Part shown: one piece after another, positions 35,233 to 43,043 of the stretch
How the letters are laid out: each line of letters starts with the position of its first letter
How positions within the stretch are numbered: the first letter of the stretch is position 1
Assembly (NCBI GenBank): GCA_039584755.1
Contig: JBDGXD010000003.1
Span: forward strand, 1-43,043
Source of the DNA: Gemmatimonadota bacterium
GTDB taxonomy: Bacteria > Gemmatimonadota > Gemmatimonadetes > Gemmatimonadales > GWC2-71-9
Direction: 5' to 3'
Length of the DNA stretch: 43,043 bases
Translations under genes and position numbers: made by a program
Notes under the pieces: model-generated
Told to the model about the DNA's origin: nothing
The model's input: only the letters and a program-made list of their open reading frames with translations
Database searches by the model: none

Positions 35233-36834
35233 ATGAACTTTTCAACCATAGACTACATCGTATTTGCCGCCTACGTGAGCTTGATCGTCGGGATCGGCTT
35301 GTGGGTTTCGCGAGAGAAGAAAGGGCACAAGAAGGATACCAAGGATTACTTCCTTGCCTCTAAATCCCTGCCCTGGTGGGCCATCGGTGCGTCGCTGATC
35401 GCGGCCAACATCTCTGCCGAGCAGTTCATAGGCATGTCCGGTTCCGGCTTCCGCCTCGGGCTGGCGATTGCCACCTACGAGTGGATGGCGGCGGTGACCC
35501 TGCTGCTGGTCGCATGGGTCTTCATCCCGATCTACATCAAGAAGGGCATCTTCACGATGCCGCAGTTTCTGGAAGTCCGCTACGACACGCGCGTCCGGAC
35601 GCTCCTGGCGGTCTTCTGGCTGTTGGTCTACGTCTTCGTCAACCTGACATCGGTGCTGTACCTGGGTGCGCTGGCGCTCGAAGGGATCATGGGGGTGGAG
35701 CTTTGGGTCGGGATAATCGGGCTGGCCCTCTTCGCGACGGTCTACAGCATCTACGGTGGGTTGAAGGCGGTGGCCTGGACCGACGTGGTGCAAGTCTTTT
35801 TTCTGGTCGGGGGCGGCTTGCTCACGACGTATCTGGCGTTGGACGCCTTCGGCGGCGAACAGGGTGCCATAGCCGGGGCCTCCAGGCTACTGAGTGAGGC
35901 AGGGGATCGTTTCAACATGATCCTCTTCCGAGGCGAGTTGCTCTATACCGACGACGCGGGCATGACGCAGGACGCCTACGACCTGCTGCCGGGCCTGAGC
36001 GTGTTGGTCGGGGGGATGTGGATCGCGAACCTGTTCTACTGGGGCTGCAACCAGTACATCATCCAGCGGACCCTCGCAGCCAAGGACATCAAAGAGGCAC
36101 AGCGCGGGGTTGCTTTTGCCGGCTACTTGAAGCTGCTCCTGCCCTTGATCGTCGTCATCCCCGGCATCGTCGCCTACGGGCTGGATGCGCCCATCACACG
36201 GGGCGACGAAGCCTACCCCTGGCTGCTCAACGAATACGTAGGGCCGGGGCTGAAGGGCCTGGCCTTCGCCGCCCTCATTGCCGCAATTGTCTCTTCGCTT
36301 GCGTCGATGATGAACAGCACCTCCACCATCTTCACGATGGACCTCTACCGCCATTATTTCAGGAAAGAGGCGTCGGAAGGGGAGCTCGTGCGGGTCGGAC
36401 GCATCGTGGCGCTGGTCTGTGTGTTCATCGCCGTCCTGCTGGCCCCGCAACTGGCCTCGCTCGATCAGGTCTTTCAGTACATCCAGGAATACACGGGCAT
36501 GGTCAGCCCCGGCGTGCTCGCGATCTTCATTTTGGGATTGTTCTGGAAGAAAGCCACCCCGAACTCGGCGCTGGTGTCGGCCCTGCTGAGCATCCCGCTC
36601 TCCTTTTCGATGAAGCTCATCTTTCCCGGCCTGCCCTTCATCGACCGCATGGGGATTGCCTTCCTCGTCTCGGTGGCGTTGATCGTGATCATCTCGCTCG
36701 CGGAAGGAAAGGGCAAGGACGATCCGAAAGGCATTTCCCTGGACCGTAAGATGCTCGTGACCGATCCGATCTTTGCCGCGGCGGCCTTTGGTATCCTGGG
36801 CATTACCACCGCGCTGTACGCGCTCTTCTGGTAG
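35233..36834 (+). CDS. Sodium/glucose-galactose cotransporter (vSGLT-like SSS)
   Basis: Motifs DYFLASKSLPWWAIGASLIAANISAEQFIGMSGSG, YEWMAA, YGGLKAVAWTD, YWGCNQYIIQR and SSLASMMNSTSTIFTMD. Confidence 0.95.
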   Translation: MNFSTIDYIVFAAYVSLIVGIGLWVSREKKGHKKDTKDYFLASKSLPWWAIGASLIAANISAEQFIGMSGSGFRLGLAIATYEWMAAVTLLLVAWVFIPIYIKKGIFTMPQFLEVRYDTRVRTLLAVFWLLVYVFVNLTSVLYLGALALEGIMGVELWVGIIGLALFATVYSIYGGLKAVAWTDVVQVFFLVGGGLLTTYLALDAFGGEQGAIAGASRLLSEAGDRFNMILFRGELLYTDDAGMTQDAYDLLPGLSVLVGGMWIANLFYWGCNQYIIQRTLAAKDIKEAQRGVAFAGYLKLLLPLIVVIPGIVAYGLDAPITRGDEAYPWLLNEYVGPGLKGLAFAALIAAIVSSLASMMNSTSTIFTMDLYRHYFRKEASEGELVRVGRIVALVCVFIAVLLAPQLASLDQVFQYIQEYTGMVSPGVLAIFILGLFWKKATPNSALVSALLSIPLSFSMKLIFPGLPFIDRMGIAFLVSVALIVIISLAEGKGKDDPKGISLDRKMLVTDPIFAAAAFGILGITTALYALFW

Positions 36835-36885
36835 GATGCTGCAATCGGATGGGGCAGTGCGTATCGTAACCGCCTGAAAACCTGT

Positions 36886-39800
36886 TCAGCGGAGCGGACG
36901 GAGGATCTGGACCGTATCGTTGTTGCGTGCGACGACGATCACCCGGTCGCCGCCGGCAAGCAGCAACGGCTCCATCCCGCGCACCTGGCCGTCGATCACC
37001 AGTTTGCTTGCCGCCAAGTCCACCGCCGCTAAACCGCCCGCGCCATCGCCACGCAGCAGCAACCCATAGCTGGCATCGTACCGCCCACGCACCGGTGGCA
37101 CGCCGTAAAAGTTGCCAGCAACGATCAGGTCCCCGTGGCCGTCTGCGTCGAAGTCTTGCGTGAGCACAGCATGGATCGGTGCAAACTGCGCTTCGACCGG
37201 AAGCGGCCGGAGGTCGAAGGTACCGTCGCCGTTGTTCACGGCAACGGAACTGGCAAGAACGTGCGCTTCCAAGACTTCGGCCTGGCGCAGCTCCGCTGCC
37301 GAAAAGATGTCCTCGATGCGGCTGGCGCCGAACTCAGCATAGGAGGGGTATCTGCTTCGCAGCTCTGGGATTTGACTGACGAACAAATCCCGACCAGCGA
37401 GTGGGTAGCTCACGCCATTCCTATATGTTGTCAGAATCTGCTGCAGTGCCCCTGAGCCGGAGAAATCACCGATGTACAGTCGTACCGGCTCCCTTGGTGA
37501 GGCCTGGAGGTAGGAGTTGAGCCCCAAGTTGCCCAACACCAGGTCTTTGCGGCCGTCTCCCGTCAGGTCGACTGCGGTGACGCTGTTCCACCATCCGTTT
37601 GTCCCCGCAAGGTCTGCCTTGGCGGTGCGGTCCACGAACCGGCCATCCTCCTGCCGGAAAACTCGAACCGGCGTCCATTCTCCGACCACGATCAAGTCGA
37701 GCTGTCCGTCAGCGTCATAGTCCAGCCACGTGGCCGAGGTAACCATGCCGGCCTCTGACAGCCCCTCCGCTTTCTCGCTGGTAACGTCGGTGAACCGGCC
37801 AGTGCCATCGTTCTGCAGCACATGGCTCTGGGGTGTGGTACCGTAGTTGCGCGCGACCACGCGGCTGCCAACAAAGAGATCGATGTGACCGTCTCCGTTG
37901 AAATCGCCGGGCACAACGCAGCCACCGTTTTCAAAGAAGTGGGGTATTGCATCGTCGGCTCGCTGCAGCCCACCCTGGCCATCGTTGACATACAATCTGT
38001 CTCGTAGTGGGGGGTGCTCGTCCCAGAACTCGTTCCCCCCGCTCACAACGTAGAGGTCCTGATCACCATCGCCGTCGGCATCGAAGAAGGCCGCGTCGAC
38101 ATCCTCATGCAGACTGTCCGCACGAAAACCTTCATTGCTGGCGGCGCGGAATGTACCATGAGCCGTCTGGAAAAACAGCCGGGCACTCTGTCCTTTGGCA
38201 CCGCCAACATAGATGTCATGCAGGCCATCCCCGTTCGCGTCAGCGACCGCGAGCGCAGGCCCCTCGGTGGAGAGCTGGTGTGGCATAAAGGGTTCGCGGT
38301 TGTAATCGAAGAAGGTGTTCTCTTCATGTTTGAAGTCGATGCCCGCTTGAGTCGTGACATCTTGGAACAGCGGTGGTGTGCCGGTTCTGTCTTCGTAGGC
38401 ATACCGGCCGTCAGCGGCTTCCTGCGAAAGCGTGACAGCCTGATCGACCGCCACGTCTGTCATCACCTGGTAGCGCTGGTCCGGCCAGATGACAATCAGA
38501 GAGTCTATCTGCGCGGACGAACCCAGCCCGAAATGCAGCCTGGGATCGACCGATGATTGGAAACCGCGTGTGGGCATCTGCTCCAGCAGCTGCATCGTAC
38601 CGTCTTGTTTGACGATGACCTTAGCACCGATCCCGGCCGTATTCGCTCCAGAGCCTTTCAGAATCACCCGCAAGTAATGATTTCCCGTCACCTCGCGCGC
38701 GCGGTTGCGATAGATCGCTGCGGGCGCATTGATGTTGTTCACGACCAGATCGAGAGCACCGCTGTTGTTCAAATCGGCGTAGGCGGCGCCGTTCGAGAAA
38801 CCCGGCTGCGCCAGACCCCAGGTCTCGGCGGCATTCGTGAAGCTGAGGTCTCCGTTGTTGCGAAACGCGTAGTTGGCAATGGGTATCTGCGGCATGAGTC
38901 CGAGGAGCACGAGATCCTCCTCGGTGATACCCTCTTCTAACGAAGCCTGGATAGACCGGCTGCGTAGCACGTTGAAAAAATCGAGGTCGTTAGCCCTGTG
39001 GTAGATACCGTTTGTGATGTACAGGTCCTTGTGACCATCGTTGTCCAGGTCGGCGAAGAGCGGTGACCAGCTCCAATCTGTGGCGTGGACGCCGGCCAGA
39101 TATCCGATTTCGCTAAAACGCCTCCCACCGCGGTTGAGCTGCAGTGTGTTACGCGAGTACTGAGGATGGTACCCGAATCGCAACTTCAGGTACTCGATGT
39201 CGAAAGTCTCGGCATTCGCAGAGGTTTGCACGATCTCCTGCCGGTCCGGTAGCATCTCCAGTACCATCACGTCCGGTCGGCCGTCGTTGTTGTAGTCGGC
39301 GGCATCTACGCCCATCGAGGCACGACTCAGGTGCCCTATGGAAGTGGTGACCGACTCTACGAAGGTGCCGTCGCAGTTGTTGTAATAGAGGAAGTCGTTC
39401 TCCTGGAAGTCGTTGGCCACGTACACGTCGGGACAGCCGTCTTGGTCCAGGTCGCTCACCACCACTCCGAGACCGTATCCTTCAACGCTGCCGAAGATAC
39501 CAGCCTCGCGCGTAACGTCGACGAAGCGGTCACCGTCATTGCGGAACAAACGGTCACCTGCCCTCGGATGATGCTCCTCACGTTCTGGGTTGAAAACGTT
39601 GCCACGCTCCCTGTGGACAGAGTGATTCAGCAGGTATAGGTCGACGTCTCCATCGAGATCGTAGTCGAAGACGGCGGCCTGGGTCGAGTAGCCGGTATGT
39701 CCCAGCCCGTACACCTCGGTCATGTCGCTGAAGCTGCCATCTCCGTTGTTGATGTACAACACATTGTGTCCGCGGATGCTGAGGTAGCTGACGGCCGACA

Positions 39801-40209
39801 AGTAGATGTCGAGGTGCCCGTCTCCATTGACGTCCGCCATCGTGACGCCGCTGGTCCAGCCTTCGCTTCCGGTAACGCCGGCACGCTCGGTAATGTCCTC
39901 GAACTGGTAGTCTCCTTTGTTGCGATACAAACGGTTGGGACCCAGGTTCGAAGTGAAGTAGATGTCCGGCAGGCCGTCGTTATCGACGTCACCGACGGAA
40001 ACACCGCCGCCATTGTAATAGTTGAGATAGTTGAGAATGTTGAACTTGGGATCTTCCGGCAGCTCGTTGACGAACGTGACACCGGTCGCTTCGGGTGGCA
40101 GCAACTCAAACAGTCTTGCGGAACCAGCGTCGCAGCCAGTGGTTGCAACTGCGACGCCGACGGCGAGAGCCAGTGCATACGGCACCCTAGTGGAGCGCAT
40201 GACTGTCAA
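36886..40209 (-). CDS. VCBS/FG-GAP repeat protein with ASPIC/UnbV domain (CRTAC1-like), probable lipoprotein
   Basis: YYNGGGV, many DxD/NxDGxxD repeats, RGFQSSVDPRLHFGLG (ASPIC/UnbV) and lipobox TTGC. Start 40209 (TTG) or 40200 (ATG). Confidence 0.92.
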   Translation of the reverse strand: MTVMRSTRVPYALALAVGVAVATTGCDAGSARLFELLPPEATGVTFVNELPEDPKFNILNYLNYYNGGGVSVGDVDNDGLPDIYFTSNLGPNRLYRNKGDYQFEDITERAGVTGSEGWTSGVTMADVNGDGHLDIYLSAVSYLSIRGHNVLYINNGDGSFSDMTEVYGLGHTGYSTQAAVFDYDLDGDVDLYLLNHSVHRERGNVFNPEREEHHPRAGDRLFRNDGDRFVDVTREAGIFGSVEGYGLGVVVSDLDQDGCPDVYVANDFQENDFLYYNNCDGTFVESVTTSIGHLSRASMGVDAADYNNDGRPDVMVLEMLPDRQEIVQTSANAETFDIEYLKLRFGYHPQYSRNTLQLNRGGRRFSEIGYLAGVHATDWSWSPLFADLDNDGHKDLYITNGIYHRANDLDFFNVLRSRSIQASLEEGITEEDLVLLGLMPQIPIANYAFRNNGDLSFTNAAETWGLAQPGFSNGAAYADLNNSGALDLVVNNINAPAAIYRNRAREVTGNHYLRVILKGSGANTAGIGAKVIVKQDGTMQLLEQMPTRGFQSSVDPRLHFGLGSSAQIDSLIVIWPDQRYQVMTDVAVDQAVTLSQEAADGRYAYEDRTGTPPLFQDVTTQAGIDFKHEENTFFDYNREPFMPHQLSTEGPALAVADANGDGLHDIYVGGAKGQSARLFFQTAHGTFRAASNEGFRADSLHEDVDAAFFDADGDGDQDLYVVSGGNEFWDEHPPLRDRLYVNDGQGGLQRADDAIPHFFENGGCVVPGDFNGDGHIDLFVGSRVVARNYGTTPQSHVLQNDGTGRFTDVTSEKAEGLSEAGMVTSATWLDYDADGQLDLIVVGEWTPVRVFRQEDGRFVDRTAKADLAGTNGWWNSVTAVDLTGDGRKDLVLGNLGLNSYLQASPREPVRLYIGDFSGSGALQQILTTYRNGVSYPLAGRDLFVSQIPELRSRYPSYAEFGASRIEDIFSAAELRQAEVLEAHVLASSVAVNNGDGTFDLRPLPVEAQFAPIHAVLTQDFDADGHGDLIVAGNFYGVPPVRGRYDASYGLLLRGDGAGGLAAVDLAASKLVIDGQVRGMEPLLLAGGDRVIVVARNNDTVQILRPLR

Positions 40210-40221
40210 CCAAGCGTAATG

Positions 40222-42276
40222 CTAGTTCGCCGGCCGGATGCGGATCGCCTGTCCGCCACCGGGAGCGAGGTTGAGTGTCAGGCGTGAACCCGCGTCGACC
40301 GGTCGGCTCGAGATGGCAACCGGGAACGGGTTGTGTAGCCAGTGCGCTGATGGTCCGTCCGCATAGATCTCCGCCACGTAGCTCCGGCCTTCAGGCAGGA
40401 ACGTGAGCGGGATTTCGAAGCTGCGCGCTTCTTCGTCCGTGATGGCGCCCAGATACCAGTCCTCGCGATTCCGCTGCTGGCGCGCCACCACCACGTAGTC
40501 CCCGATCTTGCCCTCCAGCACTTGCGTATCCTCCCAGTCCACCGCGACGTCGCGAATGAACTGGAAGGCCGGCTGGTTGTCGTAGTTCTGGGGCAAGTCC
40601 GCCGCCATCTGCAGCGGCGAGTAGAGCACGACGTAGAGCGCGAGCTGTTTGGCGACGGTCGTGCGGAGCCGCGACTGCTCGGGGGTCCGCGGCGTGCCAT
40701 CTTGGCTCTCTATCAGGATGTCGAACACGCCCGGCGTGAAGTCCATCGGCCCGGCGAGCAGGCGCGTGAAGAAAAGGATGGTCTCGTGCTCCGGTGGATT
40801 GCCACCATCACCCGCCCAGGCATTGTACTCCTGACCCCTCGCTCCCTCGCGGGTGAGCATGTGCGGATAGGTGCGACGCTCGCCTGTGTCCTTGATGGGC
40901 TCGTGAACGTTCAACATGATGCCGTACCGCGCAGCCGCCTCTATCACCTTGCTCCAGTGCCGCACCATGTACTGCCCGTGGTGGGCGTGGCCATGCTTGG
41001 TCTCGTCGCCCACGTAGCCGGTCTTCACTGCTGCGATTCCGAGTTCCTGATAGAGCTTGAACGCGTCTTCCAGTTGTCGCTCGTAGTTCTCGATCCCCAT
41101 CGAGGTCTCGTTGTGTCCGATCAGCCCGACGTTCCGCTCACGCGCGTAGGCGGCGAGTGCGGTCAGGTCGTAGTCGGGATACGGCTGAGTGAACGAGAAC
41201 AGATCTGCGTTTTGGATCCAATTGCCGTCCCACCCGACATTCCAGCCCTCGACCAGGACGCCTCCGAACCCGTGCTCCGCCGCAAAGTCGATGTACCGCT
41301 TCGTGTTTTCGGTCGTCGCCCCATGCTGCGGACCCGAACTCCAGGTCATGGTGTTGATATGCATGCCCCACCAGATACCGACGTACTTCATCGGGCGGAT
41401 CCAGCTCATATCATCGAGCGCGTTCGGCGGATTCAGATTCAGGCCGAGCACTGACGGCGCGAGGTCTGCCGCTTGATCTGCCAGCTGAATGGTGCGCCAC
41501 GGCGTCGTGAACGGTGTACGGCCGCGAACCTTGACCCCGTCGTTCCACGGCGCGAGGTAGGCACGCAGCCTGCGGTTCTGCTCCCGACCGCCGACCAGCG
41601 TCATGCCGGCGTAGTCGACCAGGTGTGCCTCGTGAATCACGACGTGCAGGCCGTCGCGGAACTCCAGCGTGAGCGGAGTGTGCACCGTATCGAGCGTGCT
41701 CAGTGGCGACGCACGGTACAGGTACTCGTACCGATTCTGTTGAAACGCCGGAACCCACCACGCCCGGGCGTCGTCCGCCATTGCGAACTCGGTCAGCTCC
41801 TCGGTGATCTCGAACTCCTGCAGGTTGGGCTGCTCCGGAAGCTCGTAGCGGAAGCCGATACCGTCGTTGAACACACGGAACACGACAGTGAACTGGCGAC
41901 CGGGCGCCGATTGTTCCACCAGCGAGATGCGGAGTTCGTTGTGCTGATCCCGCACTTCTCGCACTTCCCCCCAAGGCTGACTCCAAGTCTCGTCGACTGA
42001 GTTTCTCGCTGTGCTGGCCACCTGCAGATCTCGATCCAGCGGCGGCTGACCGCGGAACTCGAAGCCGAGTCGGGATGGCTGGACAACGGCCCGCCCGTCG
42101 CGGTGCAAGCTATAGTAGAGCCGACCGACTCGGATCTCGGCCGCGACCTGGTTGCGACCGTCGGGTGATACGACGCGCAGCGTGTCCTGTGCCAGGGTGG
42201 GGGTTGCCATATTGAGCAGCGCACCCAATACACCCAGCGTGTGTGCGATAATCCTACAACGCAGCCACATGTTCAT
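40222..42276 (-). CDS. susB: GH97 alpha-glucosidase (SusB-like, inverting subgroup)
   Basis: Signal peptide. Motifs KYVGIWWGMH, YIDFAA, LVEGWN, VKTGYV (not KxDF), VHEP, REGARGQE, GPMDFTPG and YSPLQMAAD. Confidence 0.93.
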   Translation of the reverse strand: MNMWLRCRIIAHTLGVLGALLNMATPTLAQDTLRVVSPDGRNQVAAEIRVGRLYYSLHRDGRAVVQPSRLGFEFRGQPPLDRDLQVASTARNSVDETWSQPWGEVREVRDQHNELRISLVEQSAPGRQFTVVFRVFNDGIGFRYELPEQPNLQEFEITEELTEFAMADDARAWWVPAFQQNRYEYLYRASPLSTLDTVHTPLTLEFRDGLHVVIHEAHLVDYAGMTLVGGREQNRRLRAYLAPWNDGVKVRGRTPFTTPWRTIQLADQAADLAPSVLGLNLNPPNALDDMSWIRPMKYVGIWWGMHINTMTWSSGPQHGATTENTKRYIDFAAEHGFGGVLVEGWNVGWDGNWIQNADLFSFTQPYPDYDLTALAAYARERNVGLIGHNETSMGIENYERQLEDAFKLYQELGIAAVKTGYVGDETKHGHAHHGQYMVRHWSKVIEAAARYGIMLNVHEPIKDTGERRTYPHMLTREGARGQEYNAWAGDGGNPPEHETILFFTRLLAGPMDFTPGVFDILIESQDGTPRTPEQSRLRTTVAKQLALYVVLYSPLQMAADLPQNYDNQPAFQFIRDVAVDWEDTQVLEGKIGDYVVVARQQRNREDWYLGAITDEEARSFEIPLTFLPEGRSYVAEIYADGPSAHWLHNPFPVAISSRPVDAGSRLTLNLAPGGGQAIRIRPAN

Positions 42277-42374
42277 CAGGTGTTCTCCTATTCGACCGAG
42301 TCCGAACAGTTCCTCGATTACTCCGTTTGCCCACCAGAAACGACTGACCGTGGGCGGTGTCTCACCTTAGCCTG

Positions 42375-42387
42375 TGTATGTCATACA
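42375..42387. promoter_or_regulatory. Perfect palindrome in the divergent GH97 / plug-protein intergenic region
   Basis: TGTATG-T-CATACA next to AT-rich TTATATTAT. Confidence 0.5.
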
Positions 42388-42415
42388 GCTTATATTATCA
42401 GTATTGGGAGCCTCA

Positions 42416-42955
42416 ATGACCACTGAGCTCTTGCACCAGATGTCCCGCCGCGCGATTCCCGTACGCGCGCTGTTGATCCTCGGCCTCCTGTTGGGACCCG
42501 TGTCTGCCTGCATCCGCACTAGCAGCACGACTCCCCCCGAAACCGCTGATTCCCCGGAGCCGGATTCGACCGAGTCAGCAGCAGCACCTGCCGATCCGGT
42601 GGTCGATACAAACATGGCGCCGATAGTCACGGCGGAAGACATTCAGCGCTCGCCCAATGAGCCGGTCGGGAATCTCCTCGCCGGCCGATTCCCCGGTGTT
42701 ACGGTCACGCAAGGCCGCGACGGCTCGCTCATGATCCGCATCCGTGGCACCACTTCGATCCATGGTAGCAAGGAACCGCTGTACGTGATCGACGGAGTTG
42801 CGGTCAACCCCGGACCGACCGGGGGCCTCCACGGCATCCAACTCTCCGAGATCGAGACCATCGAGGTGCTCAAGGACGCCGTCGGCACGTCGATGTACGG
42901 TATGCGAGGCGCCAACGGAGTCATCGTCATCACCTTGAAGAAGCCGGGTCGGTAG
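42416..42955 (+). CDS. Plug-only SusC/RagA-like TonB-dependent receptor plug-domain lipoprotein
   Basis: GGGAG before ATG 42416 and lipobox VSAC. IRIRG...EPLYVIDGV...IETIEVLKDA...YGMRGANGVIVITLK is followed by a stop, with no beta-barrel. Confidence 0.85.
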   Translation: MTTELLHQMSRRAIPVRALLILGLLLGPVSACIRTSSTTPPETADSPEPDSTESAAAPADPVVDTNMAPIVTAEDIQRSPNEPVGNLLAGRFPGVTVTQGRDGSLMIRIRGTTSIHGSKEPLYVIDGVAVNPGPTGGLHGIQLSEIETIEVLKDAVGTSMYGMRGANGVIVITLKKPGR

Positions 42956-43043
42956 CGGCACGCCCACGCCCGCCTGTTGCGGGAGACAGCCGGAAAATCA
43001 GTGGGCGGTCATTGTTGCGTGTGACCACGTAAAGTTCACCGCG
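42930..43043 (-). CDS. 3' end of a second VCBS/CRTAC1-like gene (partial, enters from the window edge)
   Basis: Hand translation RGELYVVTRNNDRPLIFRLSPATGGRGRAATDPASSR* resembles the end of the 36886-40209 protein (GDRVIVVARNNDTVQILRPLR). Confidence 0.7.
   Translation of the reverse strand, partial: RGELYVVTRNNDRPLIFRLSPATGGRGRAATDPASSR

Noticed and set aside
1-43043. Mobile element, prophage, retroelement/DGR, defence system, tRNA or rRNA
   Set aside because: I recognised no transposase, integrase, reverse transcriptase, nuclease or phage motifs, and no cloverleaf or rRNA-like sequence. Small or divergent RNAs could be missed without covariance-model searches.

Overview
GC-rich bacterial window with no rRNA, tRNA, CRISPR array, transposase or integrase that I can recognise. 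The gene content (PadR + ADOP permeases, kinase-TolB_N-TPR, VCBS/ASPIC proteins, plug-only SusC-like lipoprotein) resembles Gemmatimonadota/Acidobacteriota; this is an inference. The left part (1-18.1 kb) is an envelope/signalling region. It holds a partial DRG/TGS GTPase, a ChaN-like protein, an ankyrin+PD40 lipoprotein and a serine hydrolase. Two outward-facing PadR-ADOP cassettes, each with a palindromic operator-like site, bracket a TolB-like gene remnant, an MltF and two abutting 21-bp tandem arrays (11013-11365). A Ser/Thr kinase and a CotH-like protein follow. The right part (18.4-43 kb) is a carbohydrate-utilisation region: GH3, two GH13, GH97, GH130, two Na+/solute symporters and two VCBS proteins (one cut by the window end). 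It also has a tightly coupled ABC operon led by an uncharacterised (alpha/alpha)6-type enzyme and by a lipoprotein that fuses a putative (alpha/alpha)6 catalytic domain to the sugar-binding protein. The best candidates for something new are that enzyme-SBP fusion operon and the double 21-bp array. Three coding pieces absent from the ORF track were found by hand translation: a GH4 C-terminus, an SSS N-terminus and a second VCBS C-terminus. All family calls come from motif recognition by eye; no database search was run.
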